64,000 nucleotides of DNA from Carcharhinus amblyrhynchos (Eukaryota). Made by a program: the position numbers and the translations under genes. The notes under the pieces are model-generated. The model was not told the origin of the DNA. It worked only from the letters and a program-made list of their open reading frames with translations, and ran no database searches. This document shows, one piece after another, positions 25,675-36,634 of the stretch. The stretch lies in contig OZ336875.1 of the NCBI GenBank assembly GCA_965287045.1, forward strand, positions 100,626,001 through 100,690,000, in the 5' to 3' direction. The stretch's first letter is position 1. Each line of letters opens with the position of its first letter.

Positions 25675-28600
25675 TTGTAACACTAAGTAACCTTCGAATT
25701 CAAGTTGTTTAGGAAGGGGAAAATTCAATCTTGTGCATATAGTACTCCTGTCACTTTGGTAGACGGTCTGAAAGCTCTAAGATTAATTACAACGATCGAG
25801 ACTTTGAAATGTAAAATATAGTAGTTATCTTTGAGGAGATATTGTAACTTATATGGCAATGTACGTATGATTGTTCACAATGCATTTTTGATTTAATTTG
25901 AGAATTGTCTTTATGTTAAAAAAACATAGTTTTATAGTATACTTTTGCCTACATCTTGTAACTAAAGATTATGAAAAAGTAACCTTTCACTCAAAAATGA
26001 ATATTTTTTCCTGGCTGAGACACAGTACATGTATGATCATGAAATAACTTGAATGAAATAATCATTTTTAACCTGCATTATTGATCTGTGCAAATACTAC
26101 TGTTTCTATATAACTGTTAATTAAATATTCTGATCTACGCAGAAGAATTTGATTTATAAGGGTTATACGTGTACACTATCTTAATGTTTTTTAACTTGGA
26201 AAAGTGGAGTACCAAACTGTTAATATGGAAGTAATGTTGGAAAATGCAAAGGCGTTTTCATAAACACGTTGAGAGGACATTCATGGAAATATTAGCAGAA
26301 CATCACAAAGGTGATGGTGCATGATGCACTGAAATACAAAATTCCACAAAATATGGCTGTTAAAGGAGCAACATCTTCACAGAAAGAGCTTTTGAAAAAC
26401 ATTTTTTGTTTACAAATGCACAATCTGATGACATGTCACATCAAATTGCATTATCAAGTCTTCTCGGCATTAAGTCAGACTGACAAAACAGCTCTTCTCC
26501 CTTCTCAATAAGGAGAGATTTTCACGAGGACAATGATTGCATACCTAATGAATAATGGAAACAACTAAAGTGTCAGTTATGCCATGTTTTGTGTGCACAC
26601 ACATATGTTGAACAGTTTAAATAATTGTTGATAGATTTATCATTGCAGTGTTGTCAGCAAAATGTGTAGGATTGGCAACTGTAGACATGAACCAAAGCAC
26701 CAGTAAAGTTCCCGAACATCTCAAGGACTTTTCTTACTGTCATCAAACTGAACCAAAGGAGGGCTCAAATCGTTTGTCAATAAATTTACCTAACAAGAAA
26801 TGATTGAAAATAATTAAAATATCACTATTAAATATCGCTAAAATATCAAGATTAAAATATAAACGGTAATGATTTGGTTAACATTTCTGTATGGATTTCC
26901 ATGTTGCTATCTTTCACCTTCAGAAGTTAAATTAATATTGATCCAGTTTTTTTTGTCTGTTTACTTTCTCAATGTATATTTAAAAAAAATTCTTTAGAGA
27001 GGGAAAGGAAAAGTTTTCTCTCAGCAATAATAATCATTTTGCATGCAATTAAGGCAAACATTTTCCCTCTCTATTACACTCCTACTGCTAAATTAGTTTA
27101 ATCAATCACATTTTCTCGGTCCTGTTTTGAAGATGTCTGTGACAGAATCTAATTGTAACAAGAGCAGAGGAAAGGGTTTGCGTGAATTAAAATTAAGAGG
27201 AGCAAGATAAAGATGTTGCCACTTTAGGGGTACAAATGGTTGGAAGCCAGGACAGATTGAGCTTAATGAAAAAGCTATTGACGCAAAAAGAAGTTAAAAT
27301 TTCAAGATTAAGGGGGTGAAATTGGTCTTGGACAGTAGCTCGAAACAGGCAACTGCCACCCCCTTCCCCACAAATTTATTTTCCATTTTCAACCTTGTGC
27401 TAGTGGAATATCTTGATGTGCGCAGCCAGGATTGTGTGGCATTGTTATTTCATTTGTATACATTGACTATTCTTATGAAGCTAAAATATATGATTTTACT
27501 GTTTTTTAATGTTAAAAAAACTTACATGCAGCACTACAAATGTATACTTCGAATTTTATCTTCTCTACTTTGAATGACCGTTGTGCCTGTTGTATAAATG
27601 GCGGGTGATTGACTCCAGGAGACTACCTCTAAGGTGGCAAGGAGAAAAATCATTTGTCTGTATTTGAATGTGTGTTTTTAGAAAGAATGTTTTTGTGGGT
27701 GATGGTACTGGCTAATTTTCCAATGGATTTGATACCCTTGTGTAATATTATGCTTTCTAGCTGATGACAGTGGGGCTGTTAATAGGTTAGAGGCATGGAG
27801 GTTTGCAGTACAGAAGGACAAATTAGCACATGGTGTTTACGCTGGTTCTTTGCTTGAGCAATTCAAAACTGCTTTTACTGCTTTGCATTCTCCCTATAGC
27901 CCTGTAGCTGCTTCCGATGTTTATTCCTCATAATATTCTCAGTGCTGCAGCTACCCAAGTTACTTCCTTTGTTGGCATATTGTGGTATTGGTTTAAGGTG
28001 TGGACAAGTGCAAACTTGTTTCAATTTTCTTCCTTTAGTGCTTGTGTTGTGATATGAGCAACATTTAAAGTATGGACTGGTATTCTTTTGAAAAAGTGGT
28101 CTTGGAGTCCTGTCTTCAGCAGAGCAGGGGCCTCCAGTCATGTGAGCTCACCACACCCTGTACTTCATTGCAATGAGCATGTCTTGTTCTTTCCCGTTAA
28201 CAGGTACCATTGCACATTTTAGATGTACCCATAGACTAAGGGACCAAATGGTGATCACCATTGTCCCCAGTGTTGGGAGATGTAATTGAATGAGGCCATG
28301 GGAGAGAAATTGGGCTCATCAGTATTGATTTTTTTTTGAGTGCTGTGAATGCACTTAAGAGTTCCAAACTGACGCCCACAGTGCACGTGCACACTTGTGG
28401 AGTGAATAGTGCTGGAAGTCATATTGGTTCACCATTTGCACAAACACAAATAGTGGATGTCTGTGGGAATTTTGCAGTGCAAATAAATGATGTCAATCGG
28501 CCTGCAACATTGATTTGATACCAATGCTACTATTTTGGACCTCATGCTGCAGCCAAGGTCCTCTCATAACCTCGCACAGCTGAGCATACATTCTGCTGGA

Positions 28601-28974
28601 GGAAAGACAGCCCACCATGATTACTTAAAAGGATTTTTTTAGTAACTAGTTGATTATTTCTGGCTATTGCAACATTTTCGCAAGTGTGTGGTGCTTTCTA
28701 TGCGCAGTTCAAGTTGCAAAAGCCTACAGGCAGTAGTATGGAGGTTCTGAAGAATTTTGCTTTGAATTTGGCTTCCAGACAAACCAGTTCCTGCTGAATA
28801 TGGTTGCACTAGCAGGTTGCATTGAACCTATTTTGCAGCTTTTCAGTTTGCTGTCCATTGTCATGTAAATGAAGTAATTGAGTCTTTTGGCAAAGATCAC
28901 ATGTAGTGTTGACATGCTGCACTTGGCTGAAGTCATTGGGTTACATTTCAGCTTCATTTGAAGCAATTTTTTAA

Positions 28975-29180
28975 AGCGGCATCTCGGCCTTTTGGCTAAG
29001 ATGCAGATTAGATCAAGTCTTGGAGGAGGAGCTACACCTCCTCCAATCAGCTTGGATCATGTAGATCAGGAGGTGAGAACCCTGTCTTGTCATCTTGGAT
29101 CGGGAATGTCTCAACTTGTTGGGACTCTGAATTGGCTTTAATTTGACTTGATTGGATTGGAATAAAGTAAACAAAAAAAA
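28975..29180 (+). mobile_element. U2 snRNA-headed, poly(A)-tailed retroposed element (SINEU-like or U2 chimera)
   Basis: 28982-29002 tctcggccttttggctaagat equals U2 nt 7-27, and 29010-29018 agatcaagt equals U2 nt 24-32. The non-U2 body has a hairpin ttggaggagg/cctcctccaa, AATAAA at 29161 and an A-tail. Confidence 0.75.
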
Positions 29181-29196
29181 GAATGAGTCTCTTTCT

Positions 29197-29488
29197 TAGA
29201 ATCCCTACAATGCAGAAGGACGCCATTTGGCCATTGGATCTGCACTGACAACAATCCCACCTAGGTCCTATCCCCACATATTTATCCCATTAATCCCTTT
29301 AACCTATGCATCCCAGGATACAAAGGTGGCAATTTAGCATGGCAAATGCACCTAACCCGCACAGTTTGGACTGTGGGAGGAAACCCACACAGATACAGAG
29401 AGAATGTGCAGACTCCACACAGCCACCCAATTGAACCCAGGTCCCTGGAGCTGTGAGGCAGCAGTGCTAACCACTGTGCCACCATGCC
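29197..29488 (-). mobile_element. HE1-type SINE, near full length (CR1 tail)
   Basis: Head ggcatggtggcacagtggttagcactgctgcctcacagctccagggacctgggttcaa on the minus strand; CR1-type tail. Confidence 0.92.
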
Positions 29489-29904
29489 ACTCTTTATTCC
29501 AAGCGAGCAACTACATTTCATTTTCTCTTACCAGAGACAAGCAGGTGGAGTAAACACCCAGGTTTGCTAGAATTGCAGGCTTCCCTTGTTGTCTTTAAGT
29601 GAATGCACTTTGTGGGCACCATATGTCTACCCTGCCTTATATACCAGAACCAAAAGAGCTTCCATTTCATTAACATTCAGCTGTTATGTGAGCATAGGCA
29701 GCAATTCAATCAGATTGAAGCCTGGTACCTTGTTAACTGTCGTACCGTCTGCTCTGCCAGTGGCATTTGAACCATCTTAGTAAAGCACAAGGTGGCTACT
29801 GAGCAACAAAAGCAATCTGGTGACAACTCGCGACTCAGTTGTGTAACCCATGCACAGATGCATGGTGTGCATAACACTAAAGCTGTACTGTCACACACAT
29901 TCAA

Positions 29905-30010
29905 TGATTCCATTGCTTGATCTAATCCAGAAGGGCACTACAGTACATGGCTGCGCATGTGTGTCAATTTCTGGTAGCCATAAGCATGCTGCACAACCTC
30001 ATCATCAAGG
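29905..30010 (+). pseudogene. PIF/Harbinger transposase C-terminal remnant
   Basis: CLI*SRRALQYMAAHVCQFLVAISMLHNLII resembles the HARBI1-family C-terminus (RCLD.SGG.LQY.P...C.LHN). Confidence 0.65.
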
Positions 30011-31125
30011 CCGTTGATAAAATGTCACTTAAAAGGTTATTTCAGAAGATCAGGACTCAACGTTGGGTGTAATATCTTAGCATGGATAAAGAATTGATTA
30101 AAGGACAAAAAAAAAGCAGGAATAAATGGGTTGTTTATACATTGGCAAGCTGTACTAATGGACCACAAGGATTAATGCCAGTGTCTCTGCTACTTACAAT
30201 CTACATTAATGATATAGAGAAAGGGATCAAATGTACTGCATCCAAGTTTGCTGATCATACAAAACAAAATGGGAAAGTAAGCTGTGAGGATGACAAAAAA
30301 AATCTGCAAAGGGATATGCATAGGTTAAGCGAGTGGGCAAGAAGGTTGCATATGGAATATAATGTGTGAAAAGATGAGGTGTGCGGGAAGATTGGAAAAG
30401 AGGACATTTTTTAAATTGTGAGAAACTATTAAATGTGGGTGTCTTTATATACAAATCACACAGAGTTGCATGCAAGTACTCCAGGCAATTAGGATGCCGA
30501 ATGATTTTTTTCCTTCACTGTTACTGAGTGAAAATCTTGAAGTACCATCCCTATCTGCATGAGTGTATCCACATGACATTGAAGCGGTTCAAGAAGGCAG
30601 CTCACCACCACCTTTTTATTTGGCAATTTGGGAAGGACAGTTTAACTTTTTTAGAATGGGCTGTATAGCTGGAGTACAAGACAAAGCAAGTCTTACTTCA
30701 AATGTATAGGTCTTTGATGAGACCACACCTGAGACAGTGAGTACAGTTCTGTACCCCATATCTTAGGAATCATATATTTCAAGAGAATGCAACAGATATT
30801 CACTAAACTGATTTCTGAGGTGAAAGGTCTGACCTATAAGAATTTGAGTAGAATGGATCTAAGCTGTCTGGAGTTTTCAAGAATGAGAGATGATCTCAGT
30901 GAAACATTTGAATCTAAAAGGGCTTGATGGGATATGCATTTCTCTGGCTGAACAGTCTAGAACATTCTTTGTCTTGGGCTAAGCGGTTGGCCGGCAGAAC
31001 TGAAATGAGGAGAAATCTCTTCAATCAGAGAGTTGGTATCTTTGGAAATATCTAGCTAAGGGGCTATGGGTACTCGATCGTTGAGTACAATCAAGGCTGA
31101 GATCAGTTGATCTTTGGGCTCTAGT
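30010..31125 (+). mobile_element. CR1 LINE RT and C-terminal remnant
   Basis: GPQGLMPVSLLLTIYINDIEKGIKCTASKFADHTK...LQRDMHRLSEWARRLHMEYN; downstream LMRPHL and RMRDDL motifs; small L2-group insert at about 30530-30640. Confidence 0.9.
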
Positions 31126-31437
31126 AAACTCGAGGGCCCATTACATTAGAAAACAAATTTATTAAACAAAATTTTCCATTTTGCATATAAAACTTAATTA
31201 ACCATCCTGACCTTTTGCTTCAGCATTGATGTTGGGGGCTGCTGTATCGTTGTCCATTAGGGTTGGCAGAACAGAGTTGACCACCAGTTACATGCTGGAA
31301 AAAATGAGCTCCAACCTCTTCACAAAGCTTTATGCCAAGTTTGTTCTGGTCCTTGGCATTGACCACAGTTTTTCTGACAGGCTTCCCAGTGCACCATTTT
31401 TTTTGTGCATAACTATTAGTGTTTTTCTGTAGGTTGA

Positions 31438-31571
31438 GAGCAGAATTTTCCCGTATCCACCTGCCACAAGAATCGTAGCAGGCAGGGTTGGGGCGCGGAA
31501 CATGCAATGGTCCGTTGACCCTGGGCGGCGGTTTTCAGTCTTGGGGCGAGCATGGCTGGAAAATTGTGCCC
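31438..31571 (+). mobile_element. ~134 bp MITE (family A) with Harbinger-type TIR and 3-bp TSD
   Basis: TIR gagcagaattttcc / ggaaaattgtgccc (12 of 14 pair), flanked by tga on both sides (31435-31437, 31572-31574). Confidence 0.8.
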
Positions 31572-34387
31572 TGAATGTCTACAGGCTGATGCTAAACGTT
31601 TGCCCCTCCCGTGAACTAGCTATGCTGACCTGGTCTGCAGCCATATTGTGCCCATTACCGCTCTACATTTAGACTATCAGCAGTTTGTAAATGGGAAAAA
31701 AAAGATATGGGAGGGAAATGGAATATTATAAGAAGGACTAAGTAAAAAGATATCATCATCTTCAACTGGTTTCATCCCTGTCCATGGCTACAACCTCAGA
31801 AATGACCATCCCAAAAATGGTCACTTTTGTCCCTTGCATTGGGGGTCAGGATATGTAATGTCATTCTTTAGTTATCTCTTTTGTCCTACAAGAGAGAGGC
31901 AACTGTGTCAATGAGTGTTATGGAATTTATTTGAGTGATGTGGCTGTCCTGATTGAATAGTTGGCAGTATGTGCAAGCTGTAAGATGTGACTTTGGGGCT
32001 TGCAGCAATACAAGTGGGTAAGATGCAGCTTATGAATGTTAGGTATGAGGCTGATGGATAGAGATCGTGGTAGCTGAGCGATGGGGTGTGCTGATTTGAG
32101 TGAGGGCTGAGGCTCCTGGTGCAGTTGCTAAGAAATGGCACTTGAAGATGCATTCACTGATTATGGCCATTCAAGTGAGGTAACTTCACAGTTATTTGTT
32201 CCAGTTACCTTTTGACTGTGTAACTGGAGGATCAACTCCCCCCACATCAGTGACCCAACCTTGTAGATACAGAAGGGGAAATGTCCTGTATCCACCACCT
32301 TACATCAAAGCCCTCAGTGTCGCATTGAAAAGCTTTGTGGCTTTCTTGCCACTTGTTTGCCAGGTTTTCCATGTCAAGTATGATGCTAGCCTCAACATAG
32401 TTCATTTAAGGTAGGCTGTTTTTAAACAGTGCTGACAATCTTGAAATGCTGTTTGCCACTTAATGATAATGGTCCCCTGCTGAATCTCCCAGCCAATGAG
32501 CAGAGAGTTGGCACTGGCTAGATACAGAGTTCATCCAAATGGTCATGCAACATGTTTGAATATCTTATCCAGGATTTAAGTCTGCAATCTGTTGAGGATA
32601 AGTTTGCCCAGTTCATAAGAGCAAATTCTCCTGTTTTTCAAGTTTGAACAAAACAGAAAGCAACACAAAAAAAACAAAAAACTAAAAGATGCAGTGAGAA
32701 GCATTAAGCCCTGAGGTTTTAGATGGAGTGAGAAAAAGTTGTAAATCTAGAAGGATGAATTTATTACAATGGAAACTTGAAATAGTTTGATGTCCAAAGA
32801 AGAGTATTAAAATAAACAGAGACCTTGATAATCTAAAACCTAAACATCTCAGTCATTAGTAGAATAAATTTTGATTTAAATGTGCACATTTCCTCAACTA
32901 ACTCAACTGTGCACATTCACAATATTGAAGTATTTAATCCTCCTAAAAATATGAATGAACGTCCCCCACACAATTTTTTTCAAAATTATCTGATTGACCG
33001 TGTAATTTAGGAGTTCGTTGCTGTATGGAAGTGAAGTTTTGCAACTCCTTCATTTGTTATACAATAGCAATGCACTAGTCAAGCGATTATTAGGGTGCGA
33101 GGGAGTTAAGAATATCTGCTTTGAACAGCAGTGAACTCCCTCAACAAATATTTATAAAATTTGTGTAAATTGCCACTGAGTTTAAAAGGAACTCCCTCTC
33201 TCCCAGGCCATTAATACTCCGAAAAATCATCCTATCACTGCCAGTGTAAATTTCAATTTCTAAACAAACTTAATAGACACCAAAAAATGTATTTCCAATT
33301 GGCAAATCAAGCAGTCAGTGTCATCTTGTTGTGACTCCAGATGTGGCAGACCTTTCTTTTAATTTTGATGTATTTCTCCCCACCAGAAAGCACTACATAT
33401 GCAAGCAATGGTGTTGTGGTTTTCCTATATTATCATAAAGTGGCAGTGGTTTGTGTGGAAGATAGTATTGTTGACAATGCAATTATTTTTCCAATGATTC
33501 CTTCAGTTACTTTTTTCAAAAAGAATTGTGTCCTGTGGCTAACCCACAGCAAAACTAATCCAGCTTTCCCCCCGCCTTCTAAATCTTTAAAAATACTTTG
33601 CCTGTACAATGTGCAATATATGTGAGTGATCATTCGTGATGGGCTTTGAAAATATGCTTGCTTTATTCTTCTCTTGTAAGAGCCGTCAACATCATGTGTC
33701 ACATTTTCCATTCCTATTATCTTTTTGGTTAATGTTCAATAAGAAATATAACCTGGACTGTTTGTTCATAAACACATCTGGTTCAGCAGTTGTTTACTGT
33801 AGCTAAAGCGGCTGTCAGCTTTTGTGTAACTACTTGCCTATTTATTTTATTTGTATCCTGTACGTTTTCAACTACACCTGGCGAGTAGTGGAAAATGAAG
33901 CTTCTGTTGTGTTCAGGAGTGTCCACCTTTTGTTGTGTAAATATGTTTTAAAAATTCAATTCATGAATATGATTTGTGGATTTTATCTGTGGTTGTGGGG
34001 CAGAATTATAGTAATAATGTGAGTAATATTATTTGATTCTGATTTTATTGGCCTAGTAATCAGAATTATCATTTATGCATTTTCAGTGTGAACTCCATTT
34101 GATCTAACTAGCAGAAGGGGAATGTAATCTCGAATGTCTGTCTGAGCTTCAGATGACAGTGGACTTTATTTTTTTTAAAAAAAGGCGAAGTGGAGCTTGT
34201 TTTTGTGTTTGCAGTGCGATGTGCTAACTCAAGTTTTAAGGCCTTTGGGGAAAATGTGTGACCTCGAGAGTCAGTAGAGTCTAGTTACTAGATCCTCAGG
34301 TTGTAGTTTGAGAGGTCATTGTGGCTATTTTATTTACTGTAAGGCTTTCAACTGATCTTAGCAGGACATCTCTTTGCTAGCCTCAAA

Positions 34388-34623
34388 NNNNNNNNNNNNN
34401 NNNNNNNNNNNNNNNNNNNNNNNNNNNNNNNNNNNNNNNNNNNNNNNNNNNNNNNNNNNNNNNNNNNNNNNNNNNNNNNNNNNNNNNNNNNNNNNNNNNN
34501 NNNNNNNNNNNNNNNNNNNNNNNNNNNNNNNNNNNNNNNNNNNNNNNNNNNNNNNNNNNNNNNNNNNNNNNNNNNNNNNNNNNNNNNNNNNNNNNNNNNN
34601 NNNNNNNNNNNNNNNNNNNNNNN
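34388..34623. other. N gap, 236 bp
   Basis: Direct reading. Confidence 0.99.
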
Positions 34624-35380
34624 ATGGGCTTAATTACTTCCGACGAAGGACAGTATTAAATGTTTTAAATGTCACAAAAATAAATGAATATCAGCCAGTA
34701 GATTTAAAACTAGGCAATATCTGTGATGTTTTCAGCAAGGGCTTTTTTCTTCAAATGCCTTTGAGGCAAAATTTTATTTAGTCACCCAAAAAGGAAGCCC
34801 TTTGCACTATTTATCACAGGCTGATACTGCATGATTTGTAACTCACTTACAAAATTTTAATTTAGTATGATTAGCTGTGCATCATTAAACAACAGTCTTT
34901 CATAAAGAATGCTGTAAAATACTGACAGAATCAAGATACTGAATATTTTAAATAAGCTACAGTCATTCACGGCTGTCGAAGCTGGATAATACATAAAATA
35001 GTGTTTGAATTTGTGCTCTCAATATGAGGTGTTTTTAAGTGCAAGGCAAAAAAAAATTAAATTGTTTATATTTTTTAATCATGAAATGTCCTGCAACTTG
35101 ATGTATTTTGCAGTTCAAAAAAAAAGATAAAGGTATGTTAGCTGGAAATTTAGAAACATAATGTCTTGCATGTACTTTAAGAAGAGAAGAAAAAACAGCT
35201 AGGCAATTCTTTAAGACATTTATTTGTTGGAAGACTGTACCACGCTTTTCCCTTCTGTTCTGGGACTGCCTCTGTAATTGGCAGAATGGGACCATCTTGA
35301 TAATGGAAGTGTAAAGGTGTAACGAGAGTGTTAATTGATGCTTCTTAATCACTTTTAGGTATTAAGTCATGATGCAAGAA

Positions 35381-35560
35381 NNNNNNNNNNNNNNNNNNNN
35401 NNNNNNNNNNNNNNNNNNNNNNNNNNNNNNNNNNNNNNNNNNNNNNNNNNNNNNNNNNNNNNNNNNNNNNNNNNNNNNNNNNNNNNNNNNNNNNNNNNNN
35501 NNNNNNNNNNNNNNNNNNNNNNNNNNNNNNNNNNNNNNNNNNNNNNNNNNNNNNNNNNNN
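35381..35560. other. N gap, 180 bp
   Basis: Direct reading. Confidence 0.99.
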
Positions 35561-35882
35561 TTCTTATTTCGTTTTCATCACACCTTTCACATTATCTAAT
35601 GCAAAAGCTATTTTTTAGGACAGTGAAATATATTCTGAAACGCTTTTTAGTGATTTTAATCTTTTAGTGTTGAAAACAAATTTCACATGAATTATTCTCC
35701 ATTTATGCAGACATTCTTGTGCCTGAGTATATTGGATTTTAATGATGTGATATAATAATAATGCATTCTTTTGCTGATAAATATCTTCCTACTTAATTTT
35801 AAATAAAGTAATGCTAATCAGCTTTATTATTTATAAGTCTTCAGTTTTTGTCTTGGGCACTTCAGATGTAATATGTTATTTT

Positions 35883-35896
35883 CCACCAGAGGGCCA
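35883..35896 (+). promoter_or_regulatory. CTCF-like core motif
   Basis: ccaccagagggcca matches the CCASYAGRKGGC core, in unique AT-rich DNA; motif match only. Confidence 0.4.
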
Positions 35897-35998
35897 CATT
35901 ATTTGATTTCGCACCTACTTGTAACATAAACTGAACGTGTTTGTTATGAAGGATGAGACTCTAGACTCGAGAACATTGACTTGATTTTAAATTGATGA

Positions 35999-36634
35999 GC
36001 TGGGTTGAGTTTAACCCTGGGTTCTGCGAAGCGGGAAGATGGACAAGTGCGAAGTGCACCTGCTAGCCTAACTTTCAGGCCTAGGGTAGTTTAACCCTTG
36101 GATATCATTCAGAATCCACCCGTTCCCTTCCCGCCTATTCTGGGCAGGAAAGGGTTGCAGGACAATTACCCATCTGGGTCAACCTGCAATTAAGCGAAGT
36201 GAATGGGAGTTTTGTGAGGGTCTGTCAGGAAAAAGGGAGGTGAATCTGAGGAGAAGGCCACGACTTTCCTCATAGGTCTCGAGGAAAACTTCTGTTTCTA
36301 TTGACCCCATAAAGGAAAATCTTGGACATATTCTTTTAGGGTCTCTTTTGTCCACAGAACAGCTTTTGAGTTGTTTTAGCCTAGCAGGAAAACCATTGAG
36401 GCCTTCCTCACTCCGTTCCCCCACTGAAATTTAATCAAGGTACTTTTGACATATTACGACCATCACTTTCAAAAATTTATCAGATCCCCTCCTGCTTTAG
36501 GTGGGCACTTTAACCACCTATGGAACCCTGCAAGTTAAAATTGGAAATTATGGGGAAGGTTGAGTTCAAAGTAATCGACTCGATTTCAATTCCCTAAATT
36601 CCACTGAGTTAGCAGGGTTAAAATCAATCCCAGC
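35999..36634. mobile_element. ~630 bp non-autonomous DNA transposon
   Basis: Terminal inverted repeats gctgggttgagtttaaccctg / cagggttaaaatcaatcccagc (one mismatch, one indel). Confidence 0.7.

Noticed and set aside
28975-29180. Functional U2 snRNA gene
   Set aside because: The match ends at U2 nt 32; there is no branch-point recognition sequence, Sm site or 3' stem-loops, and it has an A-tail.
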